DNA from: Candidatus Marinacidobacterium sp.
GTDB taxonomy: Bacteria > Acidobacteriota > Vicinamibacteria > Marinacidobacterales > Marinacidobacteraceae
Assembly: GCA_965223075.1 (NCBI GenBank)
Contig: OZ244986.1
Span: 1,859,591 to 1,923,590 of the forward strand
DNA: 64,000 bases
Direction of reading: 5' to 3'
Part shown: positions 47,374 through 56,524 of the stretch, piece after piece
Position numbering within the stretch: position 1 is the stretch's first letter
Layout of the letters: each line of letters starts with the position of its first letter
The notes under the pieces: generated by a model
The model's database searches: none
What the model was told of the DNA's origin: nothing
What the model saw: only the letters and a program-made list of their open reading frames with translations
Made by a program: the position numbers and the translations under genes

Positions 47374-47705
47374 AGAGGCACGCCTTCCTTCCGTACGGAT
47401 TCGCGCATGTAGTCCAGCGCAGTCTCCAGGGAGAGGAGATCGAGCGGGAAGGTAGTCATCTCCCGGGCTTGCGCCAGCGCGCTGAAGTAGCGGTCGGGCG
47501 GGAGTCCTTCCACGGCTACGTCCAGATCCGAGCCCGGGGTGAACCGCCGGTCGAGTGCGAACGCGGAGCCGAATCCGATGACCCGCAGCGCGCCCTCGGT
47601 GCGAAGGAAGGCTGCGATCCGGCGGGCGTCGGACTGCGCGCGCTCCCGTCCCGCCGACGAGAAACGGGTGCGGCGGAGGTGTTCCAGCAAGACCTCACGA
47701 TCCAT
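47370..47705 (-). CDS. MntA-like nucleotidyltransferase antitoxin
   Basis: IGFGSAFALDRRFTPGSDLDVAVE minimal NTase motif; start at MDREVL. Confidence 0.65.
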   Translation of the reverse strand: MDREVLLEHLRRTRFSSAGRERAQSDARRIAAFLRTEGALRVIGFGSAFALDRRFTPGSDLDVAVEGLPPDRYFSALAQAREMTTFPLDLLSLETALDYMRESVRKEGVPL

Positions 47706-47836
47706 GCCCCGCAGTGTATCCGGGGGAAGACGGCCGCTCGGATCACCCCAGTCGGCCGAGCGACGCACGCGTGGACACCGCCTTCACGACGCATTTGCCG
47801 GCCCCGCTCCGGCGGTGGGCGGGGTCCCGGACACAG

Positions 47837-48103
47837 TCAGGAAAGCCGCGCGTCCTGACCGTCCGGAGGAGCGTCTGGCGCCGCGCGGAGAAGAGCGATG
47901 GCTTTCGCAGCCGAACCGCCGCGTGCCCGTTCCGCAAAGAAGGCAACGGCGCCCTGAGCGCCAACCTTTTCGGCAAGCGCCGCTGCAATGAACTGATTCA
48001 GCGAGACCCCATCCCGCCGCGCCTGCTGTTCCGCCGCCTCCTTAAGCGAGGCGGCCAACCTCAGCGTTACCCGGGCCTTGGCCATCTTGGTCATTGGAGC
48101 CAT
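47837..48103 (-). CDS. orphan RHH antitoxin (CopG/HicB-like)
   Basis: KARVTLRLAASLKEAAEQQARRDGVSLNQFIAAALAEKV RHH fold; starts 5 nt after the carboxylase alpha-subunit stop; no toxin partner nearby. Confidence 0.5.
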   Translation of the reverse strand: MAPMTKMAKARVTLRLAASLKEAAEQQARRDGVSLNQFIAAALAEKVGAQGAVAFFAERARGGSAAKAIALLRAAPDAPPDGQDARLS

Positions 48104-48107
48104 CCTC

Positions 48108-50042
48108 TCACGATTTCCGGGGGGCGCAAGTAACGCGAAACAGCCGGACACCCGCGGCGACGAGATCGCCAGAGTCGGCAGCACATTCGGCGAGGACCCC
48201 ACCCACCGGCGACCGAACCTCCCAGTGCATCTTCATGGACTCGATCACGGCGACCACCTCCCCTTCCTCGACGCGGCTGCCGGCATCGAGGATGCGGATC
48301 ACCTGGCCGGCGAGCGGGGCCCGGACCTCGCCGGAATCGCCCTGGACCGCCGCCCTTTCACTCTCTCCGGAGAGCGGCAGGGTCAGCGTCTCGCCGCCCA
48401 CCGTGAGAGCCAGCTCACGTCCGCCGGCCAGCGGCGTCGCGGTAACGGTCAACACCTCGCCGACGCCGGTTTCCCGAACCGGCGGACCGGACAGCACCAC
48501 TTCGCCGACGCGATCACCCGACTCCATCCGCGGGAAGTCTTCCGAGTGGCCGAGCGACAGGAAGACATTCGCTCCCTCGCTCGTCCGCCCGTGCAGGGCG
48601 GCCGCCGCGATCGCGTCGGCCACGCCTCCGCGGCGAAGCAACGCCATCACTCCCGGATCGAGCCGGGAAGCGACTAGATTCTCGATCCGTTCCTCAAGCC
48701 AACCGGAATGAACCCGCCCGGCGAGGAAATCCGGGTGCCGGAGTACCGAAATCAGCAGGGAGGCATTCGTCTCGACTCCGTGGATAACCGTCTCCGCGAG
48801 CGCCGACGAAAGCCGGGCGGCCACGTCGGCGTGCGATTCGCCGGACGTGATGACCTTCGCCAGCAAGGAGTCGAAACCCGGGGGCACCGGACTGCCCTCG
48901 GCCACTCCGGAATCCACCCGCACGCCGTCGCCCCCGGGTTCGCGGTAGCGGCGGAGACGTCCAGGGCTCGGGGCGAACCCGTTCCGGGGCGACTCGGCGA
49001 CGATCCGGGCTTCCATGGCGGCACCCCGTGGCGACAGGGGTTCGAATTCTTCAGCGCGGGAAACCGGGCGGGGAAGCGCCTCCGGCCAACCCCCGGCGGC
49101 GATCTCCAGTTGCGCATTCACGAGATCCACGCCGTAGATCTCCTCGGTGACCGGATGTTCCACCTGCAGCCGCGTGTTCACCTCGAGGAAGTGGAACGCG
49201 CCGTCCTCTTCCAGCAGGAATTCGACCGTTCCGGCGCCCCGGTAGCGACTTGCCATCACCAGCCGCAGCGCCGCCTCTCCCATCCGGGCCCGCAACTCCC
49301 CGGAGATGCCGAACCCGGGCGCCCACTCCAGCAGCTTCTGCCGCCGCCGCTGGACGGAGCACTCGCGCTCGCCGAGATGGATTCCGCCGCCGAGCCCGTC
49401 TCCGAGGACCTGAATCTCCACATGCCGGGGCCGGTCGAGCCAGCGCTCGACATACACCCGGCCGTCCCCGAACGCCGCCCGGGCTTCGGAAGCCGCCACC
49501 GAGAGCGCCTCCGCGAACGCTGCCGGGTGGCGGACGATGCGGATGCCGATGCCACCGCCGCCCGCCGCAGCCTTCACGGCACAGGGGAAACCGACGCCAG
49601 TTCGTTCCACTGCCGCCGCCGGGTCCGGTTCTGCGGCAAGCCCGTCCGAATCGAGAGAAGTCAGCACCGGAACCCCGACCTGAATGGCGGTCCGGCGAGC
49701 GGCCTCCTTGTCCCCAAGCCGGCGCATGCCGTCCGCCGTCGGACCGACGAAGACGATTCCCGCCGCCTCGACCCCCTCGGCGAACGCCGGGCTCTCCGAC
49801 AGGAAGCCGTATCCGGGGTGCAGCAGCCCGGCCTTCCAGCCGGCAGCCACCGCGATGATGGCGTCGCCGTCCAGGAAACCCGAAACCTCGAACACCTCAT
49901 CGGCCTCCCTCCGCACCGGGGCCCCGCGATCGGCTGCCGTCGAGACCACTGCCACCGGACAGCCGCGGGCACGGGCGGACCGGAGGATCCGCCGGGCGAT
50001 CTCGCCCCGGTTTGCGATCAGCAGCCGCGGGGCGGTGGACAC
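48108..50042 (-). CDS. acyl-CoA carboxylase alpha subunit (biotin carboxylase + biotin carboxyl carrier domain)
   Basis: GTG start at (V)STAPRLLIANRGEIA; ATP-grasp biotin carboxylase motifs; C-terminal biotinyl-lysine motif AVIESMKMH; the ORF-track 871-aa version includes a spurious 5' extension. Confidence 0.85.
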   Translation of the reverse strand: MSTAPRLLIANRGEIARRILRSARARGCPVAVVSTAADRGAPVRREADEVFEVSGFLDGDAIIAVAAGWKAGLLHPGYGFLSESPAFAEGVEAAGIVFVGPTADGMRRLGDKEAARRTAIQVGVPVLTSLDSDGLAAEPDPAAAVERTGVGFPCAVKAAAGGGGIGIRIVRHPAAFAEALSVAASEARAAFGDGRVYVERWLDRPRHVEIQVLGDGLGGGIHLGERECSVQRRRQKLLEWAPGFGISGELRARMGEAALRLVMASRYRGAGTVEFLLEEDGAFHFLEVNTRLQVEHPVTEEIYGVDLVNAQLEIAAGGWPEALPRPVSRAEEFEPLSPRGAAMEARIVAESPRNGFAPSPGRLRRYREPGGDGVRVDSGVAEGSPVPPGFDSLLAKVITSGESHADVAARLSSALAETVIHGVETNASLLISVLRHPDFLAGRVHSGWLEERIENLVASRLDPGVMALLRRGGVADAIAAAALHGRTSEGANVFLSLGHSEDFPRMESGDRVGEVVLSGPPVRETGVGEVLTVTATPLAGGRELALTVGGETLTLPLSGESERAAVQGDSGEVRAPLAGQVIRILDAGSRVEEGEVVAVIESMKMHWEVRSPVGGVLAECAADSGDLVAAGVRLFRVTCAPRKS

Positions 50043-50050
50043 GCGCGTAG

Positions 50051-50854
50051 CTACCGCGATTTCGCAGGCGCCCAGGGCGGCGGGACCTTCGCGAAGAACG
50101 CTGCTGTCCCCGCCTGCCCCTCCTCGGAGGCGCGCGCCGCCGCGATGGCGCGGATGGTGAGGTCCTCGATGTCCGGCGGCGGCAGGGGAGCCTCCCGCAG
50201 CATGAGCGCCTTGGCCTGGCGCACCGCGTTCGGGGCGCTTTGAAGGAACCGCTCCAGCGTCACCCCGAGCACATCCGGAAGGCCTCCAACCGGACACAAC
50301 TCGTGCGCAATTCCACCGGTGAGGGCGGCGAGCCCGGTGGCAACCGCACCCCCGAGCAGGAACGGACCGGCGCGTCCGGGTCCCAGACGCCGCACCACGT
50401 AGGGAGAAATGACCGCGGGAACGAGCCCGAGGCGCGCCTCCGGGGTTCCGAAGCGGGCGGTTTCCTCGGCGACAACGTGATCGGCGCACACCGCGAGTCC
50501 GAAGCCGCCTCCGAGCGCCGCTCCCTGCACCGCCGCGATGACCGGCGCCGGGAACGAAGCAACCGATCGGAAGAGCGTCGCAAAGCGCCGGGCGTCCCGG
50601 CGGTTGTCTTCCTCGCTCGCCAGTCCCGACTCCCGCATCGCCTTCAGGTCGGCACCCGCGCTGAAGACCCTCCCCTCCCCCTGCAGCACGACCACCCGGC
50701 ACTCCTCTGCCGGGAAAGCGCATAGCTCCTCCAGGAGCTGCGGAATTCCCTGGACCATCTCCGGGGTCAGCGCGTTTCTCGCCTCCGGCCGCTGGAGCGT
50801 GAGACGGACGACGCCGTCCGCTTCGAAATCAAGTCGGAGATGCGGAGGACTCAT
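50051..50854 (-). CDS. enoyl-CoA hydratase/isomerase family (methylglutaconyl/isohexenylglutaconyl-CoA hydratase-like)
   Basis: Crotonase fold motifs (VVVLQGEGRVFSAGADLK, AAVQGAALGGGFGLAVCAD); start at MSPPHL. Confidence 0.75.
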   Translation of the reverse strand: MSPPHLRLDFEADGVVRLTLQRPEARNALTPEMVQGIPQLLEELCAFPAEECRVVVLQGEGRVFSAGADLKAMRESGLASEEDNRRDARRFATLFRSVASFPAPVIAAVQGAALGGGFGLAVCADHVVAEETARFGTPEARLGLVPAVISPYVVRRLGPGRAGPFLLGGAVATGLAALTGGIAHELCPVGGLPDVLGVTLERFLQSAPNAVRQAKALMLREAPLPPPDIEDLTIRAIAAARASEEGQAGTAAFFAKVPPPWAPAKSR

Positions 50855-52758
50855 GGGGCGGGAAAGGGAGCGGCGAACGCCGGAGACAGCGGGCGGTTGC
50901 CCGTGGGAATGGTGGACAGGAGGGCGGCCGGGATTCGCACTCGCTGGCGGAGGAGACCTTGCGCGAGTGTCTTGCCCTGCGGGTCGAGCAGCAGGCTGCG
51001 AGTCCCGCCGCCCCCGAGTGCCTGCTCCAGAATGAAGTTGAGCGCCCAGAGCCCCGGCACCTCGTAGCGAACGATCGGGCCATCCGCGACGTCCTGCAGC
51101 CAGCCGGCGACCAGGGCGGTCGTCAGATGTTCGCGAAGCCACCCGTAGCAAGCGGCGCTCCGTCCGACGATCCCGATGTTGGCGGCGTCACCCTTGTCCC
51201 CGCTCCGGGCGTGCGCCACTGCGCCGAGGGGCGCTTCGATCAGGGGAGCGGACGCCGGGAAGTCGGGCTTCGGGCTCCGGCCGACACCCGCCCGGGGCGC
51301 GTCCGGGGGAACGGTCGGCCCCTCGAAACGCACTTCTTCTTCGGCCTCCACCGCTTCGCTTCCGCCCGCGGACACCCGAATCACCCGGACGGTGGCCGGG
51401 ACCCGTTCACGCGGCACGAGCGCCGGCCAGTAGCCGACCACTTCGGAGATCGCGGGCGCCCCTCCGGTGACCGCCAGGCCCGCCGGACCGCTCAGGATGA
51501 AACTCGGAAGCAGCTTGCGGAAGACCTTCAGCGGCTCCCGACTCGGACTCCAGGCCGCGAAGCGGACGAGTCCCTCGGACGGATCGAGACGCGAGAGATC
51601 GGCGAGGCCGCGCTGGGCGGCATCTCCGCCCGAGAGGTCCACCCGCAACTCTTCCGGGAACGGAGCGCCCGCGGCATCGCAGTCGGCCTGCAGCCGATCC
51701 CGGAACGCCGCCTCGAGGGCCACCGTCTTCTGCCGGACATCCGGACCGCCGACCACCAGACTGCCCCGCGCGCTGAAACCGCCCCGGACCGACGCGCTCA
51801 CCTTGAGGTCGGGAGGGGGAGGGCCGCCTCGCGCCCCCCGGACGAGCACCCGGTCCTCCCCGGCAGCGGCGACGCTGAGACCCGAGAAATCCACCGTCGC
51901 GTCCGGACACAGGTAGCTCTCGGGATCTCCCATTTCGTAGAGCAGTTGTTCCCGGGCCACGGCGGGCGAGACCAGACCCCCCGATCCCGATTGCTTCGTC
52001 AGGACGAAGGCGCCGTCCGGGTCGACTTCGACGATCGGGAAACCCTCGTTGCCAAGTCCCGGAACCCGCTGCCAGTCCGTGAAGTTGCCCCCGGTGGCCT
52101 GAACGCCGCACTCGATCAGGTGCCCGGCGACGATGCCGCCCGCGATGCGGTCCCAGTCGTGGGGACCCCAGCCGAAGGCGTGCCGGATGGGGGCGAGCGT
52201 GATCCCGGTATCCGTGACGCGCCCGGTGACGACCACATCCGGCCGGTGCGCGAGCGCCCGGACGATCGGCTCGGCGCCGAAGTAGGCGTTCACCGACAGG
52301 ACATCGGCGCGACGGGGGGCGAACGCGGCGCCCGTCTCCAGGTTGTCGAAGCGGACGCCGTCAGCCGTGAGGTCGTCGAGCCGGCCCATCAAGTCATCCC
52401 CGTCGACCACCGCGACCGTCAGCTCGACTCCGGCCTCCGCCGCCGAGCGAAGCACCGCATGAGCGCAGGCCGTCGGATTCACGCCGCCCGCGTTCGTGAT
52501 CACGGTGATCCCGCGTTCCCGGATCGCGCCGAGCAGGGGCGCGATCTGAACCACGAAGTCGCGGGCGTAGCCGGCCGAGGGATCCCGGGCGCGCTGCTTC
52601 TGCAGGATGCTCATCGTGATCTCGGCCAGAAAGTCCGCAGTCACGAACTCGGGAGGCTCCGGCCCCAGCACCTGGGAGCTGAGCGCCTGCGGATCGTCTC
52701 CCCAGTACCCGCCGGCGTTGCCGACCCGGACCGGTCGTTTCCGTATTGGACGCGTCAC
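50851..52758 (-). CDS. AtuA-family protein (DUF1446, acyclic terpene utilisation)
   Basis: N-terminal VRVGNAGGYWGDD signature of AtuA/DUF1446; ~635 aa. Confidence 0.65.
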   Translation of the reverse strand: MTRPIRKRPVRVGNAGGYWGDDPQALSSQVLGPEPPEFVTADFLAEITMSILQKQRARDPSAGYARDFVVQIAPLLGAIRERGITVITNAGGVNPTACAHAVLRSAAEAGVELTVAVVDGDDLMGRLDDLTADGVRFDNLETGAAFAPRRADVLSVNAYFGAEPIVRALAHRPDVVVTGRVTDTGITLAPIRHAFGWGPHDWDRIAGGIVAGHLIECGVQATGGNFTDWQRVPGLGNEGFPIVEVDPDGAFVLTKQSGSGGLVSPAVAREQLLYEMGDPESYLCPDATVDFSGLSVAAAGEDRVLVRGARGGPPPPDLKVSASVRGGFSARGSLVVGGPDVRQKTVALEAAFRDRLQADCDAAGAPFPEELRVDLSGGDAAQRGLADLSRLDPSEGLVRFAAWSPSREPLKVFRKLLPSFILSGPAGLAVTGGAPAISEVVGYWPALVPRERVPATVRVIRVSAGGSEAVEAEEEVRFEGPTVPPDAPRAGVGRSPKPDFPASAPLIEAPLGAVAHARSGDKGDAANIGIVGRSAACYGWLREHLTTALVAGWLQDVADGPIVRYEVPGLWALNFILEQALGGGGTRSLLLDPQGKTLAQGLLRQRVRIPAALLSTIPTGNRPLSPAFAAPFPAP

Positions 52759-52786
52759 GACGCCGGCGCCACTCTTTCCCGGATCC

Positions 52787-54394
52787 CTACATCCGGAAGA
52801 TGCCGTGCCCGGAGCTGCGAACGGGCGCGTTCGCGGCCGCCGCCAGGCTCAGCGCGAGCGTCCGGCGCGTGTTGCGCATATCCACGATGCCATCGTCCCA
52901 AAGACGCGCGGTCGCGTAGTAGGGATTGCCCTCACGCTCGTACTTCTCCCGCACGGGCGCCGCAATCTCCTCGGCCTCGGCGCCGGTGAGCTGCTCGCCG
53001 GCGCGTTCGCGCTGATCGCGCTTGACCTGGACCAGTACGGACGCGGCCTGCTCGCCGCCCATCACCGAAATGCGGCTGGAAGGCCAGGACCAGACGAAGG
53101 TCGGATCGTAGGCGCGCCCGCACATGGCGTAGTTGCCCGCCCCGAAGCTGCCGCCCGCGATCAGCGTGATCTTGGGGACCTCCGCGGTTGCGACCGCATT
53201 CACCATCTTGGCCCCGTCCTTGGCGATCCCGCCCTGCTCGTAGCGGGCTCCAACCATGAACCCGGTGATGTCCTGGACGAAGAGCAACGGGAGACCTTCG
53301 CGGGCGCAGAGTTGAACGAAGTGGGCCCCCTTCAATCCGCTCTCGCTGAAGAGGACACCGTTGCTGGCCACCACTCCCACCGTAATCCCCTCGATCCGGC
53401 CGAACCCGGTCACCAGCGTCGTGCCGTAGCGCGACTTGAACTCGTCGAGCCGGCTTCCATCGAGCAGTCGGGCGAGCATTTCGCGGACGTCCACCCGGAC
53501 CCGGCGGTCCCGCGGCCAGATGCCGAGGATTTCCTCCTCCGGGTAGTCGGGTGGTTCCGGATCGGCGTCACGGATCGGGTTCTGCGACCCGATGGGCAGT
53601 CGGCCGACCGATTCCCGCAGGATCCGGATCGCCGCTTCGTCGTCCTCCGCAAGGTGATCCGCGACCCCGGAGCGCTCGGTGTGGACCCGGGCGCCCCCGA
53701 GCTCCTCGGGGGTCACCTCCTCGCCTGTCGCGGCCTTCACGAGCGGCGGACCGCCGAGGTAGATGGTCCCGGTTCCCGAGACGATCACCGCTTCATCGCT
53801 CATGGCCGGGACGTAGGCCCCGCCCGCCGTGCACATCCCCATCACCGCCGCGAGCTGCGGGATGCCACGCGCGCTCATCACCGCCTGGTTGCGAAAGATC
53901 CGCCCGAAGTGGTCGCGGTCGGGGAAGACCTCGGCCTGGAGGGGCAGGAACGCTCCGCCGCTGTCCACCAGGTACACACAGGGGAGTTCGCAGCGAGCCG
54001 CGATTTCCTGGGCGCGGAGGTGTTTTCTGACGGTGAGCGGGTAGTACGTCCCACCCTTCACGGTGGCGTCGTTCGCGACCACCATCACCAGCCGCCCCGA
54101 AACCGACGCCACCCCCGCCACCACCCCAGCGGCCGGAGTCGGGGCGTCGTAGCAGTCGTGGGCGGCGAGGGGTCCGATCTCGAGGAAAGGCGAACCCGGA
54201 TCGGCGAGCCGTTCGATCCGCTGCCGCACGAAGAGCTTCCCTTGCTCGGAATGGCGGGCCCGCGCCCGGCCACCGCCACCCTGGCGGGACTCGGCCAGCC
54301 GCGCCCGCAGGGTCTCTGAGAGCCCGCGGTTATGCGCCTCGTTGGCTCGGAATTCGTCCGACGCGGTCGAGATCTGGGATTTGAGCCGGGCCAA
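52787..54394 (-). CDS. acyl-CoA carboxylase carboxyltransferase beta subunit (methylcrotonyl/geranyl-CoA carboxylase type)
   Basis: 535 aa with tandem carboxyltransferase halves ([12 protein letters not shown]..., [16 protein letters not shown]). Confidence 0.85.
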   Translation of the reverse strand: MARLKSQISTASDEFRANEAHNRGLSETLRARLAESRQGGGGRARARHSEQGKLFVRQRIERLADPGSPFLEIGPLAAHDCYDAPTPAAGVVAGVASVSGRLVMVVANDATVKGGTYYPLTVRKHLRAQEIAARCELPCVYLVDSGGAFLPLQAEVFPDRDHFGRIFRNQAVMSARGIPQLAAVMGMCTAGGAYVPAMSDEAVIVSGTGTIYLGGPPLVKAATGEEVTPEELGGARVHTERSGVADHLAEDDEAAIRILRESVGRLPIGSQNPIRDADPEPPDYPEEEILGIWPRDRRVRVDVREMLARLLDGSRLDEFKSRYGTTLVTGFGRIEGITVGVVASNGVLFSESGLKGAHFVQLCAREGLPLLFVQDITGFMVGARYEQGGIAKDGAKMVNAVATAEVPKITLIAGGSFGAGNYAMCGRAYDPTFVWSWPSSRISVMGGEQAASVLVQVKRDQRERAGEQLTGAEAEEIAAPVREKYEREGNPYYATARLWDDGIVDMRNTRRTLALSLAAAANAPVRSSGHGIFRM

Positions 54395-54439
54395 ACGGTG
54401 CTTCCTGACGCAGCGTGATTCTAGTGAGGGCGGGACCGC

Positions 54440-54540
54440 CGGGCCGCTCTCCCGGTGCGCCCCCGCCGACCAGCGGGGTGGCGCGTGGGCTTGGAGCGCC
54501 GACCTCTGGTCGGCACAGCCCGCCCCAGGCGGGCGACGGG
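54440..54540. repeat. REP-like palindromic repeat
   Basis: GGGCTTGGAGCGCCGACCTCTGGTCGGCACAGCC, the reverse-oriented copy of the CCGACCAGAGGTCGG hairpin family. Confidence 0.45.
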
Positions 54541-54623
54541 ACGGACCTGGTCACCCGCATGGCGTCGGCGGGCGGCCAGGGGCGGCTCTCCCCGGAAAGG
54601 TGGGACTTTCGGTGCCCATTGCC

Positions 54624-54916
54624 CGATTCAGCCGACTTCGGAATTGACGCATGCCCGGGTGCCGCCGACTCGAAAATTGACGCATGCCCGGATTCAGCCG
54701 ACTCCGGAATGGACGCATGCCTTGCTCTCCGAATCCTGAATTGACACATGCTCGCTTCGTTATCGCCCCCAGCTTGGCGTCGCCGACTCCCGTATCGCAC
54801 CCAGCTTGGACCCGCCGGCCCCGTTATCGCACCCAGCTTGGATCCGCCGGCCCCGTTATCGCAACCAGCTCGGCGTCACCGACTCCGATATCGCACCCAG
54901 CTCGGCGTCGCTGAGG
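54624..54916. repeat. two adjacent tandem-repeat arrays (4 x ~33 bp, then 5 x 32 bp)
   Basis: Array 1 unit ATTCAGCCGACT(T/C)CGGAATTGACGCATGCCCGG (54627-54755); array 2 unit TATCGCACCCAGCTTGGA(C/T)CCGCCGGCCCCGT (54757-54916); contiguous with no spacers; directly upstream of parD. Confidence 0.6.
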
Positions 54917-55017
54917 GACGCGGCGCTGTCAAGGCTCAAGACATGGGTCGTATGCTGATTCATGCTCCAGAATGGTTCTTTGTAGAAGAACGACCACAGA
55001 TTCCGGAGGACGGAACA

Positions 55018-55274
55018 TGAGCATCGTACGGAAGACGATCAGCAGCACCACGCAACGGGATCACCGGGCCAGCGCGCAGATCGCGGCAGGGCGTTTCACC
55101 AATGACAACGAATACATCCGCGATCTGATCCGGCGAGACCAAGAAAGTCCGGCCCCCTTCGCTACCCACCAGGCTGCCATTCAGGAGGGGCTCGACAGCG
55201 GGACTAGCGACCGGACCATCTCTCAGATCATCGGCGAAGCCGAGGCGCGGTTCCGCCAAAGTGGCGACCTGTAG
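55018..55274 (+). CDS. parD: ParD-family antitoxin
   Basis: MSIVRKTISSTTQRDHRASAQIAAGRFTNDNEYIRDLIRRDQE matches the ParD/CC2985-type RHH antitoxin; SD GGAGG 8 nt upstream. Confidence 0.75.
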
Positions 55275-55347
55275 GCTCGAGTGGCTAGCGGCGGCCGATC
55301 TGGAAGATTTGCCGGAATCGATCAGCGAGCGACGCCCGCCAGGGTGA
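55261..55347 (+). pseudogene. ParE toxin N-terminal stub (28 codons), ending 12 nt before a MITE
   Basis: GTG overlapping the parD end; (M)ATCRLEWLAAADLEDLPESISERRPPG* resembles the ParE N-terminus (AADLE..I..YI motif) but terminates early; no ParE C-terminus found on either side of the MITE. Confidence 0.4.
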
Positions 55348-55358
55348 CGAGAAAGGCC

Positions 55359-55543
55359 TAGCAGCCTGTGGTGAAACTCACGCGGCATTCGAACGGCGAT
55401 GCATCCCGGCTGAAACGTGCCGCTACGCGGCCCTCATCGTTGCGTTTCGGTCGGAATACACTCGGTATTCCTCCCTCACGCGCCTTGTCAGCCCGGCGCC
55501 TCGCCGCTCTCGGTGCTCACGCCAGTTCCACCACAGGCTGCTA
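55359..55543 (+). mobile_element. MITE copy (185 bp including TA..TA)
   Basis: Same TIRs and internal sequence as the 1622-1806 copy; flanked by TA at 55359-60 and 55542-43. Confidence 0.6.
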
Positions 55544-55547
55544 GCGA

Positions 55548-55907
55548 ATGCCGCCAGACCCCGCCCGGTCCGAAGCCGCACGCAAGGCGTGGAGGACCCG
55601 CAGGGCGAACGCGGCACGCAGGGCAACGCAAGCCCGAACAGGGCACACCGTCGCTGAGACTTCCGGTGGCGGCACGCAGTCGCCTGATGCCAGGCCTGAT
55701 GCGCAGCAGACGGTCGTAGGGTTCCTTGGTTTAGGTTTGATCGGAGGGCTCTTGTACTGGCTCGTGTCTGCGATTTGGACCTGCCAGACTTGGGTTGGGG
55801 TCGTCTTCGTGGGGTTCGTGACGCTCTCTGCCGCCCCACTCGGTGGGGTCGGGCTGGTCATGGGGCTGATCCTGGGGCTCTCACTCTGGAGCGCCTGGTG
55901 CAATTGA
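55548..55907 (+). CDS. hypothetical small membrane protein
   Basis: Arg-rich N-terminus then two hydrophobic helices; weak evidence. Confidence 0.3.
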   Translation: MPPDPARSEAARKAWRTRRANAARRATQARTGHTVAETSGGGTQSPDARPDAQQTVVGFLGLGLIGGLLYWLVSAIWTCQTWVGVVFVGFVTLSAAPLGGVGLVMGLILGLSLWSAWCN

Positions 55908-56023
55908 GGACTGCGGCGGTCAACCGGTGCGTCGACAATCGGCGGATCGGCGGTCGCAATCGGTTGCGACAACGGAGCCGCCGGATTCAGTCAGAGAGAG
56001 GGCCAACCCCGCCGCCTGGCATT

Positions 56024-56303
56024 TCATCCACGCCGCTGCGCGCCGTGAAAGACCGCCACGATGTCAACGCCTCCGTCATCGTGCGTGTACACCACGATGT
56101 ACGGAAGCCCGGGAACGACAAGTTCCCTCGTACCGTGGATCTGACCGACACGACCTGACCGCGGGAAGAGGCGCAAACGAACGAGCGACCGAGCGAAGGA
56201 CGCGATCCACGACGTCCCGCGCTCCCGACGGGCTGTTGGCCGCGATGTAATCGCGGATATGGGCGAGATCACTGACGGCGGATAACCGCCATCGGAGCCT
56301 CAT
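56024..56303 (-). pseudogene. ParE/RelE-family toxin with a frameshift in a TCGTTCGTT repeat
   Basis: N-terminal frame MRLRWRLSAVSDLAHIRDYIAANSPSGARDVVDRVLRSVA; C-terminal frame ...LRLFPRSGRVGQIHGTRELVVPGLPYIVVYTHDDGGVDIVAVFHGAQRRG; both are canonical ParE halves. Confidence 0.55.
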
Positions 56304-56524
56304 ACCATGCGCTTGTGCCCAAAGAAGGCGGCGACCTCTTCGTGGGTGGAGTAGCGAGGGGCCGGCGCATCGAGGCGGCGAGCGACCTCCTGAGCCTGTT
56401 CCGTAGTGAGCTGGACCGCGGGCGGGCCGTCCACCAGACTCAGCAACATCTGCGCCGGCTCATCCTGACGATCACCGGGCAATGTCTGTAGCTTCGCAAT
56501 CGCTCTTTCCAGCAACTCGGTCAT
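56300..56524 (-). CDS. antitoxin (ParD/Phd-like addiction-module component) paired with the frameshifted ParE
   Basis: 74 aa, MTELLERAIAKLQTLP...LTTEQAQEVARRLDAP; 4-nt overlap with the toxin start. Confidence 0.5.
   Translation of the reverse strand: MTELLERAIAKLQTLPGDRQDEPAQMLLSLVDGPPAVQLTTEQAQEVARRLDAPAPRYSTHEEVAAFFGHKRMV

Noticed and set aside
48108-50723. 871-aa version of the carboxylase alpha-subunit ORF
   Set aside because: The first 227 codons overlap the upstream enoyl-CoA hydratase gene and are low-complexity Arg/Gly. The biotin carboxylase domain begins at the GTG-initiated VSTAPRLLIANRGEIA, so the start was moved to 50042.
54415-54914. ORFs through the tandem arrays encoding 11-aa peptide repeats (e.g. 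DSADFGIDACPG...)
   Set aside because: Open frames are an automatic consequence of a 33-bp period. There is no start or RBS context and the region is intergenic between strong genes, so it was treated as non-coding repeat DNA.
54624-54916. Possible CRISPR array
   Set aside because: The repeats are contiguous with no unique spacers, two different units are used, and there are no cas genes nearby.
55548-55907. Continuation of ParE after the MITE
   Set aside because: None of the frames downstream of 55543 shows the ParE C-terminal pattern (GxREL..PYiivYrv...ilRvlHg).
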